From positions 1 to 64,000 of IMG/VR virus record IMGVR_UViG_3300042562_001598: a stretch of 64,000 bases of DNA; one strand, given 5' to 3'. Position 1 is the first letter of the stretch. Each line of letters starts with the position of its first letter. Below the pieces are notes generated by a model that saw only the letters and a list, made by a program, of their open reading frames with translations, was not told where the DNA came from and made no database searches. Positions 45,515 through 56,413 of the stretch are shown piece by piece. The translations under genes were made by a program, and so were the position numbers.

Positions 45515-47353
45515 ATGGCTAATAAAAAAATATCCTATACAACAAGAGATTTTCAATCTCTTAGAACTGAATTAATAAATTTCACAAGAAGTTATTATCC
45601 TGAATTAATTGATAGTTTTAATGATGCTTCAGTATTTTCAGTATTATTAGATTTGAACGCTGCCGTTGCGGATAACTTACATTTCAATATTGATAGAAGT
45701 ATTCAGGAAACGGTTTTGCAATACGCTCAACAAAAATCATCAATATATAATATCGCCAAAACTTATGGATTAAAAATACCGGGACAAAGACCATCGGTTG
45801 CTTTAGTTGACTTTTCAATTACAGTTCCGGCTTATGGTGATAAAGAAGACTTAAGATATTGTGGTATTTTAAGAAGAGGGTCTCAAGCCAGTGGTGCTGG
45901 ACAAGTATTTGAAACTGTCTATGATATTGATTTCGCGTCACCAATAAACGCTGAAGGATATCCAAATAGATTAAAAATACCTAATTTTGATTCTAATAAT
46001 ACATTATTAAATTACACTATTGTTAAACGAGAAACTGTTGTTAATGGTGTTACAAAAGTATTTAAAAGAACTATCACAGCTAATGATATTAAACCATTTT
46101 TTGAGTTATTTTTACCAGACAAAAATGTTTTAGGAGTTACAAGTGTTATTTTAAAAGATGGAACTCAATATAGTAATGTTCCGTCAATGCAGGAATTTTT
46201 AGGTTTAGATAATAGATGGTATGAAGTTAAAGCTTTAATTGAGGATAGAGTATTTGTTGAAGACCCTACAAAAGTTTCAGATAGTCCAGGTATTAAAGTA
46301 GGTAAGTATGTGTCAACATCTGATAAATTTATAACTGAATTCACTCCGGAAGGTTTCTTTAAAATGACTTTTGGTGGTGGTAACCAATCCGCCGATGAAC
46401 AATTAAGGGAGTTTGCTAGAGATGGATTTAAATTAGATTTATATAAGTATTCAAATAACCTTGCTTTAGGTAGTTCATTAAAAGCTAATTCAACTTTATT
46501 TATTCAATATAGAGTCGGTGGTGGAACTGGAAGTAATTTAGGTATAAATGTCATAACTCAATTAGGTAATATTGACTTTTTTGTTAATGGACCTTCAGAC
46601 TCAATTAATACTAGTGTTGTTAACTCCTTGAGATGTAATAATGTTACCGCGGCGATAGGTGGTGCTAACTACCCAACAACCGAAGAAGTTAGAAATTTAG
46701 TGTCTTATAACTTTTCAGCTCAAAATAGAGCTGTAACTGTTAATGATTACGATTCTATTATTAGAACAATGCCTTCACAATTTGGTGCTCCAGCTAAAGT
46801 TGCCATTACCGAAGAAAATAATAAGATTAAAATACAAATGCTTTCTTATGATGAGAATGGTACTCTTACAGAAATTGTTTCAAACACATTGAAAAACAAT
46901 CTTGCAAATTACCTATCTAATTATCGTATGATTAATGATTACATATCTATTGAAACTGCTAATGTGATTGATTTAGGGGTTAATATTGATGTGGTATTAG
47001 ATAATAGTCAAAACCAAGGTATTGTTATCTCTAAAATTATTAATATTATTTCAGACTATTTTAATCCATCCAATAGAGGTATGGGTGAGAATGTATTTGT
47101 TTCCGAAATTAGACGACTAATTCAAAGTGAAAATGGGGTAATTGCTATTTCAGATATTCAGTTTTTTAATAAAATTGGGGGTCAATATTCATCATCTCAA
47201 ACATCTCAAAGATACTTGGATTCAGAAACTAAACAAATTGAATTAATTGACGATACTATTTTTGCTGAACCAAAACAAACTTATCAAATTAGATACCCTA
47301 ATAAAGATATTAATGTTAGAGTTAAAAATCTAAAAACCACTAATTTCACATAG
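45515..47353 (+). CDS. Baseplate wedge subunit (T4 gp6/baseplate J-like)
   Basis: YTTRDFQSLRTELINF, AIGGAN...EEVR and QNRAVTVNDY motifs. Confidence 0.85.
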   Translation: MANKKISYTTRDFQSLRTELINFTRSYYPELIDSFNDASVFSVLLDLNAAVADNLHFNIDRSIQETVLQYAQQKSSIYNIAKTYGLKIPGQRPSVALVDFSITVPAYGDKEDLRYCGILRRGSQASGAGQVFETVYDIDFASPINAEGYPNRLKIPNFDSNNTLLNYTIVKRETVVNGVTKVFKRTITANDIKPFFELFLPDKNVLGVTSVILKDGTQYSNVPSMQEFLGLDNRWYEVKALIEDRVFVEDPTKVSDSPGIKVGKYVSTSDKFITEFTPEGFFKMTFGGGNQSADEQLREFARDGFKLDLYKYSNNLALGSSLKANSTLFIQYRVGGGTGSNLGINVITQLGNIDFFVNGPSDSINTSVVNSLRCNNVTAAIGGANYPTTEEVRNLVSYNFSAQNRAVTVNDYDSIIRTMPSQFGAPAKVAITEENNKIKIQMLSYDENGTLTEIVSNTLKNNLANYLSNYRMINDYISIETANVIDLGVNIDVVLDNSQNQGIVISKIINIISDYFNPSNRGMGENVFVSEIRRLIQSENGVIAISDIQFFNKIGGQYSSSQTSQRYLDSETKQIELIDDTIFAEPKQTYQIRYPNKDINVRVKNLKTTNFT

Positions 47354-47427
47354 TAATTTATTTTTTAATATTCTTGCTTATTTTTATAAAATAACATATT
47401 AACTATTTATTAAAAAAAAGTAATAGA

Positions 47428-50400
47428 ATGTCAAATTCATATAGAATAAGAACCAAACCTGGTGTTGATGAATCAATAAATATTTTAATTGACCAAGAGT
47501 TTGAATATTTAGAGATTTTATCTTTAAAATTACTGCAAAGTCAAATATATACAAGACAATGTTCTGATTATGGGGTTGTTGTAGGTCGTGTTAGTGTTAA
47601 TAATGGTTTTGGTTTACCAAATGCTAAAGTATCTGTTTTTATTCCTTTAGACACGACTGATGAAGCTGACCCTGTAATCTCTGAACTATATCCATACAAA
47701 ACATTAACAGAATTAAATGATGATGGGTATAGATATAATTTACTACCTTACAAACCTTCACATAGTGGACATGTACCTACGGGTACATTTTTTGATAGAC
47801 TTGATGTCTTAATAGACCCAACTTTAATTGAGGTTTATGATAAATACTACAAATATACCACCGTAACTAATTCAAGTGGAGATTATATGATATTTGGTAT
47901 CCCAACGGGAAGTCAAACTATTGTTATGGATGTTGATTTATCAGATATTGGGGAATTTTCATTATCACCTCAAGATTTAATACGAATGGGCGCTGCGACA
48001 TCTAATCAAGTTGCTGGAACAAAATTTAAAGCGTCTACTAATTTACGAGAATTACCACAATTAATTACAATTAACAAAACAATTGATGTTAGTCCGTTAT
48101 GGGGTGAACCAGGATTATGTAATTTAGGTATAACAAGAACTGATTTTGATTTATCTGGAGAAGCTAATATTGATATTAGACCTACAGCTATATTTATGGG
48201 GTCAATCATTTCAACAAATGATAATGATTCTATAAAGGCTGGTTGTACTGTTAGAAGTAATGGGGGTTATTTATGTGATATGATTACTGGTCCAGGTGAA
48301 ATTTTAGCAATTAGACAAACCATATATCAAGATTCTTATGGTAGACCAATTTTGGAAACTGTTGATTTAGATGAGGGTGGTCAAGTTATTGATGAGAATG
48401 GAACTTGGATGGTTGATGTCCCAATGAATTTGGATTATGTTGTAACTAACGAATTTGGTGAACAAGTTATTTCTGACGACCCTAAAAGAGGTATTCCGAC
48501 TAGAGGTAAATACCGATTTAAAGTTAAATGGAATCAATCTCCTTCATTGTCTGAAAGTGTAAAAAGAGGTTATTTTTTAGTTCCTAATATTAGAGAATAT
48601 GGATGGTCGGGTACTAGTAAAGACGACCCGTTTTTTATTAAAGATATTTCAACAGAGTATAGTAGTTATCAGTTAGCTATGAAATCATATTCATTTAGTT
48701 TAGATTGGTCGGATTATGGTTATACAGGTTCTTCTTTGAATAGTAACGCTGTTATTGGTAGGCAAATGATTCAAGATGCTATAGATTGTAAAGATACTTT
48801 CTATGATATGAAATATAATAAAGTCTATACTGTGTCCCAATTACTTGATAAGTATAGAAAAGGCTATAGTAATGATAGATTTATTGGTGTTAAAAATATT
48901 TTAGACAATAGTTGTCAGAGTGAAAATTATAAATTCCCAACAAATGATTCTAATCTGAGGTTAGATATTATATTTATATTATTTTCATTATTAATGATGG
49001 TTTTCAGACCTATTTTGTATGTTCTTGTATTAGTAATGCACATATTATTCTTTATTTTAGAGTTACTTAAATCTTATTTAGTTTATGGCCTTGTTGGATG
49101 GGCTGCTTTTGCTGCTTACAATGCGTTTACCGCGGCTAGTGTTTCCGCGCCAGCTTTTGGTTTAACAGCAACAAATATTGCTGCGGGAGTTGCTTATCTT
49201 ACTTTAGGTGTTATGTTAGTTTTTGTTAGAGATGAGTTAAAAAAAATAGATTTAAATGGTATTAATTTACCTTTATTAACTTATCCTGATTGTGATATGT
49301 GTGATTGTGATGCAACAGGTGCAACACCAGGTAATGCCCCTGGAAATAGTAAAGTTTTAGCTAATAAAAACAGAAGAATTCCATGTAGTACAATTACTTC
49401 AGATTTAACACCTATGAATGTTTTAATGTCAAATATTCAAATTTCACAACTAGGTACACCAATATATGACTATCCATTTTTTGATGACGAATCGTATAAA
49501 ACAGTTGCTTTTATGCAAATTTTTGCGGGTAAACAATATGTTGATAGAGCAGATGTTAGTATTGGAACCTCAAGTTTAGTTACAGCAAAATATTCAATCA
49601 CTGATAGTAGTGGTAATGATAAAAACTATACTGATTATTTTTTCACTTCAAGTTTAACTTTAGCCGAAAGAATTAATTTGTTTAACACTAAAGCGAAATA
49701 TTTCGACAATAGTCCAAATAACCCTGGTGGTGGTGTTAATAGAATTAGAACAACTTTCGGAATTAATTCTAATCCGGGAAAATCTCACCTTGATAATACT
49801 ATTGTTATTATTGGTGATATTAATAGTTTAAGTAATTATATACCAGGTCAATTAATTAGTTTCCAAAATCCAAATTTATCTAAAGATTTAAACACTACAA
49901 ATGCTATAGCTAATCAATATGGTAATAATGCAATTACTGGAACTTCAGCTACAACTACGACGATTACGGTTAATTTCGCAAAAACAGATGGTTCAGGTAA
50001 TAGTGGTGTTACATATAATAATATTGTTCAAACTGGTGATAGCGTGTATCATAAATTCCCTATTGATATGGAATATTTCCAAGTAATTACTGGTATGACT
50101 TATGATAGTTTTTCGGCTAATTGTTCTAATGATATTGTCAATTCTTTAAACAACAGGTTTCTGAATAATAATATGAGGGTTATTGAAATTACTGGTCAAC
50201 ATAGTGGTGAGGATAATTGTCAAGAAGTTCATATGGTGTCACCAATAACTAAAGTTGATGATTATAAAAATTTATCAGTAATTATTTTAAATAGAGGTGT
50301 TGACCCATATTCTTCTAAAATTGATGTTCAGTATGATTTAAGTGTTCTATTTGGTAAAAATTTTGGAGATGTTAATTCTATTGTGAAAGGTAATTATCGT

Positions 50401-52584
50401 ATGAATATACCTGTTAATGGTAAGTTCTTAAATGTCAGTCATAACAAAACAAATTTAGTTACTAATACGGCAATTGATACTTACTCTAACCAATCTTTAT
50501 ATTTTAATTCTTTTTATTATACGCCAAGTAATCAGTTTAGTGCATTTACATCGGATTTACATAGTTATTATTCAGCCTTAGATAGAAGTAATGGAAACTT
50601 CCAACCCTCAGGAAATAATTCTAATAAATTAAAAAATGTTTCTTATACTACTGGTGTTAATAGTATTAATGGTGTTTCTGTTAAGTTTCAAAATACTTGT
50701 ACTATTGACCCATATATTAAAGTTAGTGCGTATGGTTGTTTTAATTATCATTTTACGGGTAATACAACAACAAGTGATAGGAATAGAGGTTATTTTCCAT
50801 CTGAAATTATTGAAGGTGGGTCTATGGAATGGATTGATGGTACACCACCACCAAGACTTTCTTGTAGTGGTTATGGCTGTTATATAAACCCTGTTAATAA
50901 AATAAGAGCCATATATTTTTCACCAATATATAATACTACCGGAAATACTTTAACTTATAATCGTGGTTCAGGTACAACTACGAATCAAATAGTTATGAGG
51001 TCTGATAGATTACCATCATCAACAGTTGTGGATGAAACTAATTGTAATGGTTTTTTACTACAGAAAAACAGAAATTTTCAGATATATAATATACCTGATA
51101 CCGGTATTGTTGGTATTGTTTTAACAGGGTCAACTTTACCATCAATGACTGCTGGTGTTGCTGATAATACTGCGGATAATAAAACTAGTAAAATACTTGA
51201 GTCAACCTCTTGTGGTGGGTCAGTTCCATTAGCTTGTTATGTTAATGATGGTAATGGTAATGTTACAATAAGTGATAGTGATAGTTGTAGAACTTATAAT
51301 AGTGAAAAAATATTTAGTAATGGATGTTATATTCTTGTTACAACAGTGTTTTTATCATTACTCAAAGATTGGGGTTTATTAACAGAATGGATTTCAAGAA
51401 CTAGTATTAATTTTGGTGCCTGTAGAAATGTTTGGTCACATACATTTTCAAATAATTGGGTTAATGGAACATTATACGCTTATTCATTTAATGATGATGT
51501 AACATATAATAGTCTAAATAAACCAAGTAGTGATTATTGTAGAGATACCTTAATATTACATACTACTAATAATTTTTATTATAGAAGTTCACCTTATGAC
51601 GCTAAAAATGGTTGGTTTATAGGTAAATATAGAAATGAAAGTGGTGTTATAGAAATTCTTGGTCCGTATGGTGATAATTTTAATAATTTACAAAATCCTA
51701 CAACTATTATGGATTTAGGACCTAGAAATAATTATTTACAAGAATTAGTTATGTCGGATGAATTTGATGGGTATGTCGCTAATAGATTAAATAGTTCAAC
51801 ATATGGAGATGTTACCGAAATATTAAATATTCTGATTTTAAGTAGGCTGATGAATAAAAAATTTATTGATAAGATGTTACAAATTTTTGTAGGGTCTAAT
51901 ATTTTAGCTTATTTTAGTAGAACTAAAAATAAAGTTGATGGGGATTATTCACAATTAATTTCAATTAATTCTGAATTAGGTGTTTCACCTTTTCAAGCAT
52001 CTAATTATCCGGATAATCCACCACCAATGCAAAGTCCAATATACATTAGTGGGTTTGAAGATACTAATTCAGTTATAGGTATTTTCTTTTCTTCAGATAC
52101 TCGTATTAGAGATTTTATAACACCAAAAAGAACTGTTATAAATTCACAATTACCGGTTGGGAATAATTGTGCTTTTAATAACTTTTCAGTTTTTAGTCAA
52201 GAAGTTCCATTTTATCAATGGACTATTGAGGGTAACAAAACAATTTTTGGTAATGAAGATAATAGTTGGAATACAAATCCGATTTATGGTAAAAGTTTCT
52301 TTTCTTTTCATTATCAATCTTTAGATAGGTTAGATAGTAATTCAAGGTATTTTAGACCAACAAATATAAGTAAGAGTGAATATACTAAAGGTTATATTTA
52401 TGCGGTTAGTGGTAATGGTTCTATTGATGAAAGTTATGTTAATTGGTCTCAAAACACACCTAACAAACCAAAATCAATAACAACTGGAGCTCCATTTTAT
52501 TTTTATTTTGGTTTGAAAAAAGGTAAATCTGCTTACGATAGATTTACAACTAAATGGGTTGACACAACAACAATAGTTGATTAA
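47428..52584 (+). CDS. Large structural (baseplate/tail) protein with an internal hydrophobic multi-helix segment
   Basis: 1718 aa after gp6; N-terminal VVVGRVSVNNGFGLPNAKVSVFIP beta-sandwich; hydrophobic stretch at about aa 510-600. Confidence 0.6.
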   Translation: MSNSYRIRTKPGVDESINILIDQEFEYLEILSLKLLQSQIYTRQCSDYGVVVGRVSVNNGFGLPNAKVSVFIPLDTTDEADPVISELYPYKTLTELNDDGYRYNLLPYKPSHSGHVPTGTFFDRLDVLIDPTLIEVYDKYYKYTTVTNSSGDYMIFGIPTGSQTIVMDVDLSDIGEFSLSPQDLIRMGAATSNQVAGTKFKASTNLRELPQLITINKTIDVSPLWGEPGLCNLGITRTDFDLSGEANIDIRPTAIFMGSIISTNDNDSIKAGCTVRSNGGYLCDMITGPGEILAIRQTIYQDSYGRPILETVDLDEGGQVIDENGTWMVDVPMNLDYVVTNEFGEQVISDDPKRGIPTRGKYRFKVKWNQSPSLSESVKRGYFLVPNIREYGWSGTSKDDPFFIKDISTEYSSYQLAMKSYSFSLDWSDYGYTGSSLNSNAVIGRQMIQDAIDCKDTFYDMKYNKVYTVSQLLDKYRKGYSNDRFIGVKNILDNSCQSENYKFPTNDSNLRLDIIFILFSLLMMVFRPILYVLVLVMHILFFILELLKSYLVYGLVGWAAFAAYNAFTAASVSAPAFGLTATNIAAGVAYLTLGVMLVFVRDELKKIDLNGINLPLLTYPDCDMCDCDATGATPGNAPGNSKVLANKNRRIPCSTITSDLTPMNVLMSNIQISQLGTPIYDYPFFDDESYKTVAFMQIFAGKQYVDRADVSIGTSSLVTAKYSITDSSGNDKNYTDYFFTSSLTLAERINLFNTKAKYFDNSPNNPGGGVNRIRTTFGINSNPGKSHLDNTIVIIGDINSLSNYIPGQLISFQNPNLSKDLNTTNAIANQYGNNAITGTSATTTTITVNFAKTDGSGNSGVTYNNIVQTGDSVYHKFPIDMEYFQVITGMTYDSFSANCSNDIVNSLNNRFLNNNMRVIEITGQHSGEDNCQEVHMVSPITKVDDYKNLSVIILNRGVDPYSSKIDVQYDLSVLFGKNFGDVNSIVKGNYRMNIPVNGKFLNVSHNKTNLVTNTAIDTYSNQSLYFNSFYYTPSNQFSAFTSDLHSYYSALDRSNGNFQPSGNNSNKLKNVSYTTGVNSINGVSVKFQNTCTIDPYIKVSAYGCFNYHFTGNTTTSDRNRGYFPSEIIEGGSMEWIDGTPPPRLSCSGYGCYINPVNKIRAIYFSPIYNTTGNTLTYNRGSGTTTNQIVMRSDRLPSSTVVDETNCNGFLLQKNRNFQIYNIPDTGIVGIVLTGSTLPSMTAGVADNTADNKTSKILESTSCGGSVPLACYVNDGNGNVTISDSDSCRTYNSEKIFSNGCYILVTTVFLSLLKDWGLLTEWISRTSINFGACRNVWSHTFSNNWVNGTLYAYSFNDDVTYNSLNKPSSDYCRDTLILHTTNNFYYRSSPYDAKNGWFIGKYRNESGVIEILGPYGDNFNNLQNPTTIMDLGPRNNYLQELVMSDEFDGYVANRLNSSTYGDVTEILNILILSRLMNKKFIDKMLQIFVGSNILAYFSRTKNKVDGDYSQLISINSELGVSPFQASNYPDNPPPMQSPIYISGFEDTNSVIGIFFSSDTRIRDFITPKRTVINSQLPVGNNCAFNNFSVFSQEVPFYQWTIEGNKTIFGNEDNSWNTNPIYGKSFFSFHYQSLDRLDSNSRYFRPTNISKSEYTKGYIYAVSGNGSIDESYVNWSQNTPNKPKSITTGAPFYFYFGLKKGKSAYDRFTTKWVDTTTIVD

Positions 52585-52586
52585 TT

Positions 52587-54395
52587 ATGAGTAATAGAAT
52601 AGATTATAGAGTTATATTAGGGTCTTTGAGATATAAATCAGCGTCAAATACTGATTTTATGTTTCAAGTCCCTCTTATTCAAACATCAAAACAAAATATT
52701 GAATATGATAAAAATATTGATGTTGATTTAGCACAAGTATATGATAATGAACGACAAAAGTCTGATATTTTTAGACCTACTTGTAAATTCTCAATATTAT
52801 TTAAGAATTCATACACTGGCAGTACAAATTATGTCCCATTAGAAAATAATCTTCAATATGTTAATGAAGAAAGTTTAGCGTCATTATCTTGTGTTGACCA
52901 AAATCCTGATAATATTAGATGGGAAGGTTTTTTACAATATAATGAATTTGATTTTATTAGGAACGATTATAATATACCTGGATATACTACACCACCTAAT
53001 AATCATATAGATTTTATTTCTAAAAGTGCGTCAACATATAATTGGAATTTTTATATGACATATCCTTTTGAGAATGTTTATAATAAAAAATTACAATGTA
53101 TTGAGGGTATTACTAATGAAACTTTAGATTGGGTTGCTAAAGATGGTATACCTTTTATTATTGAGAATAAAACTAATAACGGAAACAATATAATATCGTT
53201 TATTTGTCCTGTCAAACATGGACTAAATGATGGTGACGCGGTAAAATTAAATTTTTCATACAATAATATTGATACTTTTTTAGTATATTCATTAGGAAAT
53301 GATGCTTCTGGTAGTGAAAGTTTTATCTTTAATATATATGATGTAGGTTTTACTGGAACAACTTTTAATAATAAAAAAGAAGGTACATTTAAACGAATTA
53401 TAAATATTGATAGTCCTACCGATACAACGTCCATTTATTATGTTAGGAGACATAAAGTATTAACAAATACGACTGATAATGTATTAGTTAACGCAGGATT
53501 TGAACAGAATATATTTGGGACTAAAAAAAAATATGAGAGTGGTAGTTACACCCCTAATAAATTATCTAGAGTCTCTATTAAAGAGGGGTCACAATCTTAC
53601 ACATTATCATTCAATTCAGATATTCAGATTAATCCAATTAGAGATAATTTGAAGAGACCTATTACTGAATTATTTTTTACTGTTGTTTGGAAAGGGTTTT
53701 TTGGATATACTTTTGGTAGGTCAGGTTCTTCAGGGTTATATAAAATGAAACAAGGATTTGGTTTTAATTTACCTTTAGACCCAATAACTAAATTACCGAC
53801 AAATTGGTGGAAAGATAGTAATAATGATTCTAATACTAATTTTACGTTATCAACTTATAATACACCTTTAGGTATTAACTCCAATGGTCAGAAAATTAAT
53901 TTTACGTATGTTAATACTTTAAATGTCGGAGATACATTAGATGGTGATTTCTGTGAATGGAATTCCTATGAACAAAAAGAAAGAGTTATTTCTAATTTAT
54001 ATCATAAATTAACTCACAATCCTGAAGTTTTTGACACAGGTTTAGTAAAACCATTAAATACTATTTCTGATAAAAATAATCCATTTGGTTATTATTATCA
54101 ACCTCATCATAGTTTGACGATTAGAAAATATTCTAGTTATATTGAGGAAGGGGATAAAAAAAATGTTATAGACATACCTGATTACTCGTATTTTTCAACA
54201 ACAAAAAACTTGTTTATTTGGAGGGATATTTATACTTATGGTTTTATTGACGCTGAAAAAATTGGTGTTAATTATCCATTTTTAAATGGTGTTCATTATC
54301 CTTATAGAGATATTAATTTTAGAATAATACCTGAAGGGACTAATTATAAAGAGAATACAATAATAGCTGAACCAACAATAGACGATTGTGAATAA
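52587..54395 (+). CDS. Putative structural protein
   Basis: 602 aa in the baseplate operon; aromatic- and beta-rich. Confidence 0.6.
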   Translation: MSNRIDYRVILGSLRYKSASNTDFMFQVPLIQTSKQNIEYDKNIDVDLAQVYDNERQKSDIFRPTCKFSILFKNSYTGSTNYVPLENNLQYVNEESLASLSCVDQNPDNIRWEGFLQYNEFDFIRNDYNIPGYTTPPNNHIDFISKSASTYNWNFYMTYPFENVYNKKLQCIEGITNETLDWVAKDGIPFIIENKTNNGNNIISFICPVKHGLNDGDAVKLNFSYNNIDTFLVYSLGNDASGSESFIFNIYDVGFTGTTFNNKKEGTFKRIINIDSPTDTTSIYYVRRHKVLTNTTDNVLVNAGFEQNIFGTKKKYESGSYTPNKLSRVSIKEGSQSYTLSFNSDIQINPIRDNLKRPITELFFTVVWKGFFGYTFGRSGSSGLYKMKQGFGFNLPLDPITKLPTNWWKDSNNDSNTNFTLSTYNTPLGINSNGQKINFTYVNTLNVGDTLDGDFCEWNSYEQKERVISNLYHKLTHNPEVFDTGLVKPLNTISDKNNPFGYYYQPHHSLTIRKYSSYIEEGDKKNVIDIPDYSYFSTTKNLFIWRDIYTYGFIDAEKIGVNYPFLNGVHYPYRDINFRIIPEGTNYKENTIIAEPTIDDCE

Positions 54396-55185
54396 TAAAT
54401 TTACTTTTACATTACCGGAAAACGACAAATATATTAATTTACCTGTTGAAATCAAGTGGGATTTTAATGGTAAGGAAGATAGTATTGAATTATATGAAGA
54501 AGATGTTGTTAAAGAAATTATTGGTATTGCGGAAGATTTCGAAGTCTTAAGATTTTCTCACGCTTCTTATAGTAGTGATACTAAAACAGATGTAAAATAC
54601 AATTTCCATTTTTATAGTGGTGATACGACAAATATATCAGCTTCAACGGCGAGTAATTGGGTGTGTAGTTATATTCCGGAAGGTTTTACTAAATCCGAAG
54701 TTTATTATTATTCAAAACCATTCACGAAATCATTTTTTAAATTAGATTTTTACGATACAAATAATCCAAAATCACAAACTAATTATTTCACGGTTATTAT
54801 ACCCGTTCAACAAGGTAATACTGAAAGTGTTAGTCTTACACCATATAAACCTAATGTTAATATTCGTATTCCATCATACAATTTAGATTATGTTGGTGAT
54901 AAAGAAGGGTTTTTCTTATATTGGTTAAGAAAAAAACAATTTATTGATTTAAACACTTTTTATATGACAGCTAAATTTTTTGATGGTAGATTAGGTGTTT
55001 ATGTTAAAATGATGACAGAACCACAATCAACTTTAACTCAAAAATTTACATTTGAAGGTAGTAAATATTTTTATCGTAAAGTAGTTTTAGATTACGAAAC
55101 TAAAGAATATAAAATATATGATAACTTAGGTACTAGAATTGGAACTGATAGTCCCATAAAATGGTATGAATATATAAATCCTTAA
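54388..55185 (+). CDS. Putative structural protein
   Basis: 265 aa, GTG start overlapping the upstream gene. Confidence 0.6.
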   Translation: MNNKFTFTLPENDKYINLPVEIKWDFNGKEDSIELYEEDVVKEIIGIAEDFEVLRFSHASYSSDTKTDVKYNFHFYSGDTTNISASTASNWVCSYIPEGFTKSEVYYYSKPFTKSFFKLDFYDTNNPKSQTNYFTVIIPVQQGNTESVSLTPYKPNVNIRIPSYNLDYVGDKEGFFLYWLRKKQFIDLNTFYMTAKFFDGRLGVYVKMMTEPQSTLTQKFTFEGSKYFYRKVVLDYETKEYKIYDNLGTRIGTDSPIKWYEYINP

Positions 55186-55188
55186 TTT

Positions 55189-56364
55189 ATGGAAGATAGA
55201 AATTATTATATTAAAATTTCACCTGAATTTATAAGTGGGGATATTTTTAAAACAAAATATTTAGACCCTTATACTGATAATATTGAAATACCGTTTTGTT
55301 GTGACATAACAACAAGTGCGGTTACTAAATATTATACAGGTGACACCTATGTTTATTCATCAATGACTGATGTATTATCAGGAGGAACAGGAGGGACATC
55401 ACTATTAACGGGTTTAACTATTCCTATATTTTTAACTGAAACCGCTGTTGATGTTGGTTATTATTCGGTTTTTGACGGAATGTTATTACAAAAAGAGACG
55501 ATGACAAATTTCTTGTTCTCGGCAACAACTGGTAGTCCTTACACTTATTACTTTTATAACACTTCAGATGTTGAGTTTAAGAAATATTTGGAGTTTTCAT
55601 CCTACTATGTAGATTGGGGTGATGGCCATAGTTCACCTGTGACCTCAACAGCACCTAATTATTATTCACACACTTATTTTAGTGGTGGTAACTATACTAT
55701 TAGTATGTCCGGTATGAGCCCTTGGGGTTCAAATGTGGTAAAGAAAACAATTACAGTACCATATAGTGGTATTACAGCGACAGACCCTAAAGGAACCGCT
55801 TATTTCACTCCGGCTGGTGGTAATTGGTCAGGAACATCATTAATGTATGATTATATTTTTAGTGGTGATGAAAGTTGTGATACTTATTTAACTAACGATT
55901 ATACCTTCACTACAACACCATTTTTAGTTACGGGTTATACTAAATCATCATTAAATGATTTACAAGTGTATGGTAAATCATCTGAATTAGTTGATGGTAA
56001 ATTTAGATTAAATACTCAAATTACTGGAACTACAGGTATTGTTGGGACATATTATGGAAAATCTAATGATGGGTTATATACCAGCTATTCAATTAATGGA
56101 ATGGATTACTATGATTATAATGATGGTACAACATTGTTTGCTGTTTACTCGTCTGGGATAACTCCTGATATGGTAATATGTTCAGCGATAACAAAAAATG
56201 AAGTTTTACTTAATGTAATTGACGAACCTGAAGTCCAATCAAATATCTTTATTGAAAGAGGTAAATTATCTGGTTTAGAGAGATTAGAACGAATGGGTGA
56301 GATTGATAGTTTGGGTGATTTAGAGAAATATGGGTATGGATTTTTTAATGTTATAAAAATATAA
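55189..56364 (+). CDS. Putative structural protein with a PKD-like domain
   Basis: YYVDWGDG...YSHTY...GNYTISM PKD signature. Confidence 0.65.
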   Translation: MEDRNYYIKISPEFISGDIFKTKYLDPYTDNIEIPFCCDITTSAVTKYYTGDTYVYSSMTDVLSGGTGGTSLLTGLTIPIFLTETAVDVGYYSVFDGMLLQKETMTNFLFSATTGSPYTYYFYNTSDVEFKKYLEFSSYYVDWGDGHSSPVTSTAPNYYSHTYFSGGNYTISMSGMSPWGSNVVKKTITVPYSGITATDPKGTAYFTPAGGNWSGTSLMYDYIFSGDESCDTYLTNDYTFTTTPFLVTGYTKSSLNDLQVYGKSSELVDGKFRLNTQITGTTGIVGTYYGKSNDGLYTSYSINGMDYYDYNDGTTLFAVYSSGITPDMVICSAITKNEVLLNVIDEPEVQSNIFIERGKLSGLERLERMGEIDSLGDLEKYGYGFFNVIKI

Positions 56365-56413
56365 TATTGATATTTATATATAAATAATAAACGAATTAAT
56401 AACAATATAAAAC

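Noticed and set aside
55183-55191. Possible readthrough fusion of 54388..55185 with in-frame 55189..56364
   Set aside because: The stop is TAA followed by a normal ATG three nt later, with no readthrough context. Ordinary close packing.
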